From: Octopus bimaculoides
Lineage: Eukaryota
Direction of reading: 5' to 3'
Assembly (NCBI RefSeq): GCF_001194135.2
Contig: NC_068986.1
Coordinates: 81,706,996-81,770,995 of the forward strand
DNA length: 64,000 bases
In this document: positions 51,375 through 64,000 of the stretch, one piece after another
Layout of the letters: the number at the start of each line of letters is the position of its first letter
Numbering within the stretch: position 1 is the first letter of the stretch
Notes under the pieces: model-generated
Databases searched by the model: none
Told to the model about the DNA's origin: nothing
What the model saw: only the letters and a program-made list of their open reading frames with translations
Translations under genes and position numbers: made by a program

Positions 51375-51939
51375 AACAGAAGCATGTGTTGAATGTATAA
51401 AACATTAAACATGCATTGAATACCACACATTCTGATCGGTCAAATCTAAAGTGTCATAACCGCATATATGTGGATGTGTTTATGGAAATACATCCACACG
51501 CAATCCTCATCATTTTTACATCTGATTTTTCCATGGAAGCATGTGTTAGCTGAATACTTTGCGAGCAGTATTTGATAGCTGGATGCTAACCCTGATGCAA
51601 GCATTTGTTTTTAATTAAGACACTTTTTATTTCCTTCATTTGTGGAACAATATACAATATACATGTGTATAAACCATTATACATGTCACTGTATTTACGA
51701 GATGCAGAATATATCTCATTTGCAAGATGTGGACTTCACAGTTTCCCAAGTGGTATTAATACTGAGAGACACGGAACAACATGGGCAACCCTTCATAACT
51801 GCAACGTTTTAAATTATGTACTAGATGCATTTTATAGTGACGGCTGCTCATATATGTGTGTGTGGGGGGGGGTATGTGTGTACACATGTGAGTGTGTGTG
51901 TGTAAATATTATATAAACAAACACCAATGCAGATGATGC

Positions 51940-52385
51940 TTCATAATCGTGTAGGGAATGTGTGGACAGGGTAGACCCAGGAAGACGTGGGACAGAGTGG
52001 TGAGAAAGTATCTTCAGATGTTGGGCCTCACAGAGGGGATGACAATGGGCCAAGTCTTCTGGCAGTTTGCTCTGCTTGTAAAGACATGTAAAGTTAAGTA
52101 AAATCCTTGTTGTCCTTACATACAGGCATGTCCCCGACATCCCTCTTAAGCTGAGCAATCCTAATCTTGCGGGCTCATGGGTGCTGGTGCCACGTAAAAA
52201 GCACCAGTGCCACATAAATGCACTCAGTACACTCTGTAAAGTGGTTGGTGCTAGGAAGAGTATCCAGCCATAGAAACCATGCCAAAATGGACATGGAGCC
52301 TGGGCAGATCCTTACCTGGCCCACTCTTGTCATACTGTACAACCCACGCCAGCATAGAAAATGAATGTTAAATGGTGATGATGAT
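51940..52385 (+). mobile_element. RTE C-terminus plus 3' tail
   Basis: GRPRKTWDRVVRKYLQMLGLTEGMT...* followed by the family tail ending aatgttaaatggtgatgatgat. Confidence 0.8.
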
Positions 52386-52789
52386 ATATAGTTAAATGTT
52401 AGTGTTTGGGCTTGAGAAAACACAAACACATGAAAAAATAATATGGTTAAAACTTAGTGACGAAGACAGAAAGCAGAAAAGAAAGAAAAGAAACTTATTT
52501 CTTACAATGAAAATATAACAGAACAACATGAGACAGTTGTACAATAAATATGACACCAAAACAGAAAATGAATAAATAATTTAGTGCGTGAATCCAGTCC
52601 TTGAGCAAAATGGAGAGAAATTGGTGTGTCTGTGAAATTAACTAAAGCAAAAAAGAAGTTGGAGGAAGTTGCAAGGTGAGAATTGAGGGGTGAGAAAGAG
52701 AGAGAGAGAGAACACTAGTATTTTCATGAATTTCAGTGACCTCTGTCATCATTCTATTTCCTGGATCACATTCAAGGTATTCAGGCTAA

Positions 52790-53510
52790 ATCTCACAATT
52801 GTTTATGTTTCCTTTTTTCAAGAACAACTTGATGTATTGATGTCAACAGCGTTGGAGAGCAAAAAGATTAATGTTGAAGTTGAGAAAATGTTAGCTGACA
52901 TAGAGGACAAAAAGCCATATGAATATTGGAAAAGAGTTAGTTGTGTGATGATGATTTGTGTCAGGCATCAAAATACCAACATCATGACTGCTGGTCATTA
53001 CTCTGTGGGCTCTGTAAAGGCTATAAGACATGGCAAAGGAGACTACAAAGCTGTAGCCAGCAAAGAAGGATACAAGTCCTACTCTGTCTGCATGCTGGAA
53101 TTCATCCAACGACTGCAGGACAAGGTGAAGATCTGACCAAGGGAATCCAGGCTGTGATGAGAGAGATGTTGGAGTCATCACCATGAAGCTGGCCCTGAAT
53201 GAGGACCTTTTCTACCACTCACTCAAGAGGAACAAGGGATAAATTTTGATAGCAAAGGCCAAGAAGCTCTTGGACAAGCTGAGGCATCCAGTTAATCAGG
53301 GAATGATCTGGTTTTTCTGGGAAGACAAGAACTTCTGTCAGGACCAGTTGCACAACACCCAGAACAACAGGTGACTGTCAATAATCCATGTGATGTCCCA
53401 CATATCAAGAAAACCAAGTCTCTACAAACTGTGCTGGTCTTTGGGGTGTCTCCAGTGAGGGTGACATCATTCTGCCTCACATCTTTGAACAGACCCTTAG
53501 GCTTAATTTA
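52790..53510 (+). mobile_element. Tc1/mariner-superfamily maT (DD37D-type) transposase remnant, N-terminal half
   Basis: From ATG 52888: MLADIEDKKPYEYWKR..MMI..HQNTNIMTA..VKAIRH..GDYKAVA; then KKLLDKLRHP, MIWFF(S)DKNFCQDQLHNTQNNR, KTKSLQTVLVFG across frameshifts. Confidence 0.75.
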
Positions 53511-53964
53511 GAATCGCTACTTTCCTCCTCTCCCCATATTTACTATAACTCAGCCACTCTAATTGGCATAGATATGTCAGTTGGCCAGGTCTACCAAGTG
53601 TGTTGCTTGCTTTTCTTGGCTTAAATTTGGCAGGTCGTTTATGATATAGATGTAACTAGAAGATGTAACTAGAGACATAATGCCGTGTATAGTGTGCATA
53701 GACAGGGGCAGAACAAATTTAGATGTAACAAGAAGATATAGATGTAACAAGATAGGGGCAGAACAAATTTGTTCATGTCATAGATATAATCATGATTTGT
53801 GAATAAGTTGGATTTTGTTTGGATCCTGTAGTTTCCACTGATCCCTACAACCAACATATAAACTTGTATATACAACACTGACTACACATTGAGATTTTCA
53901 TGCATGTGATAATCATGTGCACATACAATTTACACTATGTCACCCCATTCAATATGCACGCAAT

Positions 53965-54200
53965 CTCTATGCTGACACATGTGGGCTCAAGGGTGCTGAT
54001 GCTACATAAAAAGCACTTGTGCTGATGCCATGTTAAAAGCACCCAGTACACTCTGTAAAGTGGTTGGCAATAGGAAGGGCATCCATAGAAACCATGCCGA
54101 AACAGACAAATGAAGCCCAGGTTGCTCTTCAGCTGGCCAACTCCTGTCAAACCGTCCAACCCATGGCAGCATGAAAAACTGATGTTCAATGATAATGATG
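53965..54200 (+). mobile_element. RTE 3'-tail fragment
   Basis: taaaagcacccagtacactctgtaaagtggttggcaataggaagggcatcc...caacccatggcagcatg. Confidence 0.75.
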
Positions 54201-54883
54201 ATAATTTTTGCAACAAAAGAAAAACTCTTAAGTGTCTGAGAACAGGTGTGTACTGTTTTCTATGTAAATTAATACAGATTATTGATTACAGGTAATATTA
54301 TTATATTTCCAACCACAGAAATATCCAAACTCTACTAATAACCTCAACACAAAGATGAAGAACACTGATTTAGATTTGAACTCTCATTCTAGCAATATCG
54401 AGATCTTTCTGATTGGGTTAACTAATCATTGTTTAGATTATCAGAGTAGACCTATAATCAAAACCGCTCCATCTTTGACCATTCCATCTTTTTGTATATC
54501 AGTGGTACAGTATCGTGTCTGAAGTACCCTTCAAAATGGTGAGGTGTAATTTGAAGGTTATATTGATGATAAGTAACTTGCAAGATAAGTTACTGCATAG
54601 AGAACCTTTTGTTGGCTTGTAGTTAGCAAAATATTACAATGAAAATTTCCATAATGGCTACTAGAATAAATGATGGGAACTGTTAATTTTACATCTATTT
54701 TGTTTTTACTCAAAGACTCACCAAAGTGGACTGGACTAAAATTCCAGTGAGTTCACCATTTGTCACATGTAATACCATGTATTGCTCTCAGCTGCTTGTT
54801 ATTCTTATAATTTTCTAGAACTCTGACCTGCTTTGCTTGATATCTGTCATGAAATAATCACCGATTTTATTTCAATTAAGTAG

Positions 54884-54968
54884 AACCAGATTATCTCCTG
54901 AATTAGATTCCCTGTCTGGATATGATCAGGAGTTGAACAAGTTTAGCAGTATTTGCTATATAGCTCCA
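54884..54968 (+). CDS. Candidate isolated coding exon of unknown gene (TRLSPELDSLSGYDQELNKFSSICYIAP)
   Basis: Open frame with protein-like composition in non-repeat DNA, strong donor CCA|GTAAGT, modest acceptor; no homology recognised. Confidence 0.25.
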
Positions 54969-56719
54969 GTAAGTGTAAAGAGAAACTAAATTATATTGGA
55001 ATGATTCCATATTTTAAATCTCTCCGATCCTAAAATGTTTTTAGAAAACAACATTGACTTGTCCCTGTTAAAAATGTTTAATCATTGTAGATTGTTTCTA
55101 ATTGTAAATACCATTGTAAGTTGTTAATATATACATCTCACTGATAGCAATGTACAACTGTTAGCAGTAATGTACATACACACTCTACTAATAGTTTAGT
55201 TATATTCAGCTGTAAGTACTAAAGTACATGCATACCACACAGACAGTGAGGAGCAATATACATACTTCATTTATAGTTTAGATATATAACTGTGAATGCA
55301 GATATGCATACACACCTCACAAACAGCTTTGTTATATACAGTTGTCAGTGTATATTTGCCAGTAGTGGGCAATCATTGTCAGTAGTGGACAGTCATAGCA
55401 TTTAAAGTACAGGACTGTAATGTACTTATCACTAGTGGCAGTCATAACAGGGCTGTAATGTACTACAATTTTGTACAATGACCATATTTGCTTCTAACTT
55501 TGTTAATGTGAAACTATAGTCTGTATTTGGTCTTCTATTCTCAAAAATGATAAAATTACCATTTTTAAAGAAGACGTCTTATGCATTAGTTTTAAAAGAA
55601 TCATTTACTTTGTTTCTGCTAAGAATAAGTTAGTAAAATAAATATCAGCAATTTTACAGTGAAAGATACAATCTTTATACTGTAATTTGTCATTAAAGAG
55701 TTATTATTTCTCTAGAACTGATATATTTGATAATAATACACATTGCTTGCAGCCTCTTCTCCTATGATATATTTCATCAACATCTACAATTTGTTTGTCT
55801 TTCTCTCTCTCTCTCTCTTTCTCACATACATACTTGCCTCTTGCACACAAAATATTTAGTTAATATTGTATTTATTTTCTTGCTGTAATTTATCAATTAA
55901 ATATCACTGTATCAAATGTTAAATGTATATAAAATTGTATTGTATTTTAAAATGATCAGTACATATTTCATATTTCACTATCTGATATGAAATAATTGCA
56001 CATTACATATGTAATGTTGATGTATTGTCTGTTAAATACAATATTCCACTGTAGTAATTGTATTCTGCTAAACATTATATATTGTATATATAATGGAGAA
56101 GTGTCTGTACATCATGTAAGGTATATAATAGTGAAGTGGTTCAATGGTTAGGACACTTAACTATAAAATCAGAGTAATGGAAATTCAGTATGTGACACTG
56201 GTATATAATATATGTAGCATTCCTGTTTCATAGTGAAATTGTGGTTCAAAGAAACATCTTGTGTTGGTAACATGTGATTGAATTCATGAAAACATCCAAG
56301 TTCTTATAATCATTCTATTTATAATTACTTGTATAAAAAATTGGTGTAAACTTCATTAGAAACATGTAATACATGCACGTGTGTGTGTTTGAGAGAGATA
56401 GAGGAGGGAATGGGAGGGGGAGTAGTAAATTTCACATGCGCGTGCATGTGTGTGTATGTGTGTGCACATATATATATATTTCAAAAATTTAACAGAAACA
56501 AAGCGAACAGAAATATTACAAAAACATAGCAAGCAGAAAATTTGTAGCTTATTCCTCATCAGTGAATATCCAAAAGATCATTACATTTTCATGCCTTTAA
56601 CATTGACATTGTTCACTTTTGGTGGCACCAGTGGAGAAAAACGACTGGAAATAGCTAACAAATGTACAGGACAATGACGAAAATAAAAACAACAGAATAA
56701 AAAGCCATGTGGCTGCAAG

Positions 56720-57445
56720 ACAGATTGATATGGAGTAATGCAAGGGAAATGAAAATGTCCTGTAGGACTGGAAACCAGTTGGTCGTCTTGGGTACTTAAG
56801 CCAATTTATTATGGATCTAGGATACCCGTTGGTTTTCAATATATCTAGGAAGTGTGTAGTGTGGGTCACCTTGTCCTCTGTCCTGCTGCACTTGCCCTGG
56901 ATGCATGCAAGTTCATATCTGGTGTATCCTATTTTGGTACCGAGTGGAAGTGCTGAATTGTATTGGACAAACATATCTCTACTGGCTGCTTTTGTGTAGA
57001 ACTCAGTGTGGATCTCCCCTTCTTCCGTTATATTCAGTTGGAAGTCAAGTAGTGATAGTGATCCAGTGATGTCGGGATGTTCTATAGTGAACTTTATGTT
57101 CATGTCCATGTTATTGAACGTCGTAAATATTCTGTCAGCCTCTTCACGGGAGGATGTGAGTATGAGGATGTCATCTACGTACCTGGTGAAGAAGGTGCAT
57201 GAGCGACAGATGTTGAGTGCTTGGCGTTCCAGATGGTTCATATAAGTGATGGCTAGTAGGCCCGAGAGATTGGATCCCATTGAGAGACCTGTTGTCTGTT
57301 TGTATATGTGGTCCTGGAAAGAGAAATAAGTGTTGTCCATGATGATGGACAAAAGTTGGTGTATATCAGCTGTGGTAAGTCCAAAGCATTGGATGTCGGA
57401 CACTATTATGCAGTCAGTCAATAGGTTGACCACCGAGTATGCTGT
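56720..57445 (-). mobile_element. Penelope-like element reverse transcriptase, uninterrupted frame, truncated
   Basis: YKQTTGLSMGSNLSGLLA, RYVDDILIL, IKFTIE, LSLLDF, YTK, ILKTNGYP are PLE RT motifs. Confidence 0.92.
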
Positions 57446-57920
57446 AAACTTCAAGCCAATGATAGAAATCTGGGTAATTTAAGAATTAAGGAAGCTATAC
57501 TCATACACAGACTAGGGCCTCAAATTAACAACAGGCTGGAGGTTGATAATCAGTGTATTATTTAGCTACATCTGGATGCGTATTGGTTCATTTTTGATAA
57601 TATGCTCATCTATTGTTTATAACAAAAAAACGAGAAGAGAAAAAAAAGAAGAGTAAAAAAAGGAAGCTGCACGTATAATACATAACTTAGAAGCAGCGCT
57701 ACGGATGTACCAGCACACATGAGACTGAGACATGGCCGATCTCACACACTTCTCAGGAGAAATTCCGGAAGGAGCTTCCTGAGACCACTGCTGAGACACT
57801 TCTGCAAAAAAAAAAAAAAAAATCGAAGAGCCTTTGAAAAACTGATTATAACAGCAACTCCATCTAAGAATATCTGAAGAAGGAATTTTATTCCGAAATA
57901 TTATCAGACTATGGATGACT
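57446..57920 (+). mobile_element. Inverted Penelope 3' segment: GIY-YIG C-terminus, stop, terminal repeat with hammerhead core
   Basis: KLQANDRNLGNLRIKEAILIHRLGPQINNRLE* (57446-57565) resembles ..KRKIKEAIxIxxxKPxLN; hammerhead core at 57874-57902. Confidence 0.7.
57872..57904 (+). ncRNA. Minimal hammerhead ribozyme core (stem I degenerate)
   Basis: AU-CUGAAGA-A-GGAAU(UUU)AUUCC-GAAA-UA-UU-AU; perfect 5-bp stem II, palindromic AAUAUU, only 2 bp of stem I. Confidence 0.55.
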
Positions 57921-58069
57921 AAATTACAACAGGTATATAGCCCACTGTTTGTATTATAGTGCATTGTTGTACTATTCAAAACTTTTTATTCTTTATAAAC
58001 AATACACACTGCTTCAAGCGAACTACAATACTCTCATATATAAATATATATATATATATATTTCAAACG

Positions 58070-58350
58070 CATGGCCTCACAGAGGCAATGACAAAAGACT
58101 GAGACCGCTGGAGATATGCTGTGACTGCAAAGACCCGACAAATAAAGTGAGTTCACAGCTGTATCCTACACCAGTTTTGCATAGCCAGTCCCATCCCATT
58201 CAAAAATACCTTGGATCATAGGGCGACCTGCTGTGCTTGAGGAGACCTATTGAGTCAAGTACATCAACATCAAAATGAAAATCAAATGGAAATTGTAGTT
58301 GTGATACTGATGCCAGTGGCACGTAAAAAGCACCATCCGAACGTGGAATG
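58070..58350 (+). mobile_element. RTE C-terminus and start of 3' UTR
   Basis: GLTEAMTKD*DRWRYAVTAKTRQIK* matches the end of the ORF in 8520-10265. Confidence 0.75.
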
Positions 58351-59333
58351 TGGAAAACTATGGTAGTACTAATATTGGTGATGATGATGATGGTGGTGGT
58401 GGTGGTGGCTATATAACTAAAAGCAGACTAAGAAGAATGGCTACAACTGTTATATAAACAGAAGAGTAGGTAAAATGGGGTAAGTGTGACAGTGCTGGTG
58501 GTGGTGGCATTGATGATAACCACCATTGCTTTCATTACCACCAGCACCATCGTTGTCACTATCAGCACCATCATCATTATCATCGTCACTGTCAGCATTG
58601 TTACTATTTTCAGCATCATGACCATCATCATCACTATCTTCGCCTTCACCACTTTTCTTACCATCATCCTCATCACCATCATCACATCTATCTCCTTTGA
58701 AAAAAAAAAAAAAAATGTATCCTCTACTTTGATGTGATTTCTGGACAGAAATTTTCTAAAGCAAAATTTCAGTGGTGTGGATTTTACATCTATATATAAA
58801 AATGAAAATTTATTAACTGTGACTACTGAGAGTATTGTGAATGCTGTCACTCATCACAGAACTAGCTTCAGATGCACAGAGCATAAAATTTTATAACAAA
58901 GGCAATATGTGTTGGCAAGCATTGAAATATAAAAGTATAAAAAAAAAGAATAGATAAAAAAAAATATTTGTGTATAAGTAAAAATGTTGTTACATTCTTT
59001 ACTATACTGGCATGGGGTGGGTGGAACTTGCTGAGGCAGTGTTTAGTGGCTAGATACCTTTCTTGACAGTAACCCTTTTAGTCACAGAATATGGTATACT
59101 ATTCTAAAATCAGGAATATGCATCATGTACATGAGTATGTATGTATCTGTGTTGCATAAACAGCNNNNNNNNNNNNNNNNNNNNNNNNNNNNNNNNNNNN
59201 NNNNNNNNNNNNNNNNNNNNNNNNNNNNNNNNNNNNNNNNNNNNNNNNNNNNNNNNNNNNNNNNNNNNNNNNNNNNNNNNNNNNNNNNNNNNNNNNNNNN
59301 NNNNNNNNNNNNNNNNNNNNNNNNNNNNNNNNN

Positions 59334-59759
59334 CTGTAGGATTTTTGAGCGAGATCGTTGCCAGTGCCCCTTGACTGGCTCTTGTGCGGGTGGCACATAA
59401 AATACACCATTTTGAGCGTGGCCATTGCCAGTACCGCCTGACTGACCTTCGTAGGATTTTCGAGCGAGAGCGTTGCCAGTTCCCCTGGACTGGCTCTTGT
59501 GCGGGTGGCACATAAAATACACCATTTTGAGCGTGGCCGTTGCCAGTACCGCCTAACTGGCCTTCGTGCAGGTGACACGTAAAAGCACCCACTACACTCT
59601 CTGAGTGGTTGGCGTTAGGAAGGGCATCCAGCTGTAGAAACTCTGCCAAATCAGATTGGAGCCTGGTGTTGCCATCCGGTTTCACCAGTCCTCAGTCAAA
59701 TCGTCCAACCCATGCTAGCATGGAAAGCGGACGTTAAACGATGATGATGATGATGATGT
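59334..59759 (+). mobile_element. Young RTE 3' tail with two ~115-bp internal tandem units, cut by a gap
   Basis: gtaggattttt...gactgaccttc repeated at ~59336-59450 and ~59451-59566, then the standard tail and (GAT)n; CpGs retained. Confidence 0.85.
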
Positions 59760-60214
59760 AGTGTACAATATAAAATATTTATATATTTTTAGCCCACACT
59801 TTATAAAGACAAATGTAAACAACTTGTATTTGTATACAATATCTTCGTGGACACATAATGATGGATTGGCTGGAATAACTTTGTTCCTGTGTTGTAGTTT
59901 CATCACTGATCAAGTACCCACTTCAACTGTTCATGGGATTACTGCTTATAATCACACCATTATGAAGGCATATGTAAATTGGCTGTCAGTTTCTTGGCAA
60001 CTAATTTGATTAATAAATTACTGGTGTATTAACTGTTTTTTTTCAGCTAGTAGGTCTACAAGCAGTATCACTGTGATCAGTCAAAAAAGTGGGTACTCAG
60101 TTGGTGATGTAATCTCAACATAGGACTGAAACTAGTCCAACTATTTTTCTGATTATGAAGATATTGTTTACACAGGTGTTTACATCTGTCTGTCTATTCA
60201 GTATTGGCCAAAAG

Positions 60215-60244
<30 letters not shown>

Positions 60245-60246
<2 letters not shown>

Positions 60247-60700
60247 TGACAACAAAAGAATGAATAAGACCTCGATATTATGTAAAATAGAGGAATTTAT
60301 CTATAAATATATGTGATAATTAGTTGGTTGTCATAATAAAACTCAGAGTTTCCGATACCAGGATATCATTTATGAAGCCACTGTAGACTCTGCAACCACT
60401 AAGGACATAGTTATGTCAAAGAAATATGTGGGTTAGGGTTAGGGAAATTTTAAAGCCAGGTTCAACAATCACACCTTAAGCTTCAGACACTGAGATAAAA
60501 GGAAAACAACCACCCACTACATGTCTAAATTCAAGAACTGAACTTTTTGGGTCATGTCCACATATGGCAAAACATTTGCTACATTTTTGGACCCCCACAA
60601 GATCACAGATAGAACCTGCTTTTTATATTATGTCCACGTACAAGCCTTTCATATGTCTTAACATCTCATATATTTATATATATTTTATTACTTTATATAT
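60245..60700. mobile_element. Penelope-like GIY-YIG fragment (+, ~60360-60560) preceded by an apparently inverted terminal segment
   Basis: DIIYEATV...KKYVG*G*GNFKARFNNHTLSFRH matches IY.A.V...YIG.T...FK.RYNNH..SF. Confidence 0.6.
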
Positions 60701-60759
60701 TTTTTCTGTATATCATTTTTCACCCTTTATAATTGTGTAATTTATACGCATGTAGTATA

Positions 60760-61309
60760 TACCTAATGTATATGTGCATGCATATATGCATGTGTACGAC
60801 TGATTGTATGTATACGAGTACAAGACTCTATCTGTTGTACTTGTTTCCTTCCTTCATACATATATGTATGTTTATATATCTGCAGGTGTAGATGTGTTTG
60901 ACAGACAGGAGGGTGTATTGTGTATATACATATATAACTCATTTGTATATTCAAGTTTTGTGGTGAATGTGAATGTTTTACGGTTTGTTTTTTGTGTATG
61001 TTTTTATTTGTATATACGTCTATCCGTGTATGTGCATCTGCATATAGACTAACTTTTGTATATCCACATGTGTATGTGTATGTGCATATAGAGATGTGTT
61101 TATGAACATAATGATGCATATGTGTTTTTATTTGTATATACGTCTATCCGCGTATGTGCATGTGCATATAAACTATGTTTTGTATATCCGCATATGTATG
61201 AGTGTGTGCATGTAGAGATATATATATGAGCGTAGTAATGCGTGTGTATGCGTGTATGTATAGACACATATATGTATATATGTGTGTTTGTATGTATATG
61301 TACACGCGT
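60760..61309. repeat. Complex AT/GT-rich satellite with a ~130-bp duplication
   Basis: tttttatttgtatatacgtctatccg...gcatata repeated at ~61000 and ~61125. Confidence 0.7.
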
Positions 61310-61359
61310 NNNNNNNNNNAGACAATGTTTTGAAAAGACACCCACATAGATTGCATATC

Positions 61360-61600
61360 CAATTTGGACAACCAAGAGCTGCAGATAAATTCTGATCTTT
61401 GTGGACCTAAAAATGTCTTTTGAGGCTTCCACTAGATTTGCAGACCTTATGGCACACATGGCATTGAAAGGTGTGCACAGACATATAGGCAGAATAGTTT
61501 TTTTCTATGTATGAATGAGCTACTCCGTATCAGACACAGGAATGATATTTGATCACTTTATAGAGCGTTTGGGTGTCTGTTTGGTGTCTGGAATGGGATA
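61360..61600 (+). mobile_element. Old LINE RT remnant (probably RTE clade)
   Basis: IFVDLKMSFE...LKGV...DHFIERLGV resembles FVDLKKAFD...GVP...D.F.V..GVRQG. Confidence 0.45.
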
Positions 61601-61711
61601 GCTTACCTCATGGGCAGGCAGAAGCTCTCCAACCTTGGTTGCTAATCTACCTAGGGGAAGTCTCCAAAATATATATATGTACATACATACATACATACAT
61701 ACATACATACA

Positions 61712-61819
<108 letters not shown>

Positions 61820-63494
61820 GAGAGAGAGAGAGAAAGAGAAAGAGAGATATTCTGCTTTGCATCAATATTAACATCTGCCTTCCATCCTGCCATAAATTAG
61901 GTGGTTTAACAGGACCCAACAAGTCAGAGAACTGTACCATGCTCCAATGTCTGCTTTGACTAGGTTTCTATGGCAGCATGCCTTTCCTAACAGCATTCAT
62001 TTTACAGAATCTACTATAGTATATATATTTGTTTGTTTACCTTCCCATTTTCCATGCCATTATGGGTTAGATGGTGATTTATGTGAAGTGGATTTTGTGT
62101 ATATACATGTCATCATCATCATTATATATTTGTTTTCAATGTTGGCAAAGGTTGGACAGTTTGACAAGATCAAAGCTGTGTTGAACTCCAATCTCAGCTT
62201 TGGCATAGTTTCTACATCTGGATGCCTTTCCTAATACCAACCAATTTACAGTGTGTACTGGGTGCTATTTTCTTGCCACATGCACACATGTACACCCATA
62301 CATACACACATGGTGTCCAGTCTATTTGATTATGTCCACTTTGTACTCAAGCCTATCTAGTATCAGCATCGAAGACAGATTGTCTCCAGGTTCTTAAATG
62401 GTGCTTCAACAAAGGTATTGAGTTAATATGGAGAATCAGAAAGGAAACAAAACAGTGAAAGCATTATGACAATATCCTTACTTTTGTAAAATTTCCTTGA
62501 ATTTCTTCAATTTATTTCTTTTGTTTTGTTGAACATAGTGAAGGAAAGAGATGTGCATAGAATATGCTTAGACTGTATTGAATTTAACAATAGTACATAT
62601 TAATATATATGTATAGAATATAGCTGGTTATATCAGCAATGCTTGTATCTTGATCTGTATGTACAGAATACTGATGGTTATATAAAAACAATGCTTGCTT
62701 GTTGATTTTTATGTGTGTGTGTGTGTGTGTGCACGTACATATAGGCGTATGTCTGTGTGTACATATATATAAATACACACATGTACATATACAGAGAGAG
62801 ACAGAAGGACAGACATGATTATACATCAAATTAAAGAACTTAGTGATTCCTTTTACATCTTTCGACATCATTTATATGTGTGTATGTGTATGTGCACATG
62901 TATAATTATATATGCATATATGTATATATGAGAAATTAAGATAAAGCACAAGTTTATATTATTAGATCTTGCATATGTTTCACCATAATGGTTACTTGGA
63001 AACCTGCATTGGGTGTTCCAAATGCATATGGATGCTTAAGCAGAACAGATAATCATGGAACATTTTATTGCATTAACTTTCAGAGAATCAATATATGTAT
63101 GTGTACACACACACACACACACACCCTATAATCATCATCATCATCCTCTTACATTCGTTTTCCATTTTGGCATGGGTTGGACAGTGTTATATATGTATGT
63201 ATATGTACAGACATACATACATGCACACATACGCACGCACACATGCTTAAATAGCACATGACATTAATTACTCTGACCTGTATACATAAATATATATATA
63301 TCATCTTCATTATTGGTTTTCATCCGTTTTCCATGTTGGTATGGGTTGGACTACAAAACATGCACAAATATGTAAATTAGTTATTTTCTGATACATTTGT
63401 GTTGTGAATCATTTTTCAGCTGTTTAATTTTCTTGTTTATTTTTCTTGCAGACTAATGTTGTTGCCCTAAATATTCTATGTTAGCCTTTTGTAT

Positions 63495-63735
63495 ATTTAC
63501 TCTTTTACTCATTTCAGTCATTTGACTGCGGCCATGCTGGAGCACTGCCTTTAGTCAAGCAAATCAACCCCAGAACTTATTCTTTGTAAGCCTAGTACTT
63601 ATTCTATTGGCCTTTTGCCGAACCGCTAAGTTACAGGGAAGTAAATACACCAGTATTGGTTGTCAAGCAATGTTGGGAGGGACAAACACAGGCACACAAA
63701 CACACACACACACACACACACACAAAAACACACAC
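63495..63735 (-). mobile_element. SINE family A 3' part
   Basis: tttcagtcatttgactgcggccatgctggagcac...gaaccgctaagttac; low divergence. Confidence 0.8.
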
Positions 63736-63741
63736 ATATAT

Positions 63742-64000
63742 CGGGTAGAGGTAGGGGTCCACCAAGGTTCCGTCCTCAGCCCTCTCTTATTTATCATAGT
63801 CCTCCAGGCAATCACAGAGGAGTTCAAGACAGGTTGCCCCTGGGAGCTCCTCTATGCTGATGACCTTGCCCTAATTGCGGAGTCACTATCAGAACTAGAG
63901 GAGAAGTTTCAGGTGTGGAAGCAAGGTCTAGAATTGAAGGGCCTTAGAGTCAACCTAGCTAAAACCAAAATCCTAATAAGTAGGAAGGTAGATAAAACAC
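63742..64000 (+). mobile_element. Young 5'-truncated RTE LINE, RT frame open to the window edge
   Basis: RVEVGVHQGSVLSPLLFIIVLQAITEEFKTGCPWELLYADDLALIAESLSELEEKFQVWKQGLELKGLRVNLAKTKIL; same family as 8520-10265, no stops in 86 codons. Confidence 0.92.

Noticed and set aside
52823-52935. Apparent host exon with good acceptor (ttccttttttcaAG) and donor (GTTAGT), EQLDVLM...KPYEYWKR
   Set aside because: The frame continues without a break into the maT transposase and ATG 52888 looks like its start, so the segment is better explained as transposon 5' end; exonisation cannot be excluded without RNA data.
56535-56565. CUGAUGAG motif on the minus strand downstream of the Penelope RT
   Set aside because: A weak stem II is possible but no GAAA follows, so it is not a hammerhead as written; likewise the motif at ~19905.

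Overview
AT-rich, microsatellite-dense eukaryotic DNA with five N-gaps. The repeat landscape (RTE-clade LINE tails ending in (GAT)n, several tRNA-derived SINE families, R4/Dong, Penelope, mariner, maT, hAT, Helentron-like and piggyBac-type MITE remnants) is typical of an Octopus genome; this attribution is inferred from repeat content. No host protein-coding gene can be reliably assembled; the window reads as intron or intergenic sequence, and most ORF-track entries are microsatellite or repeat artefacts. The most notable observations are: (1) a tRNA-headed SINE whose 3' half folds as a Penelope-type minimal hammerhead ribozyme, present as a ~500-bp head-to-head palindrome bounded by a single target-site duplication inside a mariner; (2) two further minimal hammerhead cores attached to Penelope-like fragments; (3) a strong AG|GTAAGT recursive-splice-site candidate followed by a 63-nt stop-containing cryptic exon. 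Most coordinates for degraded elements are approximate (tens of bases).
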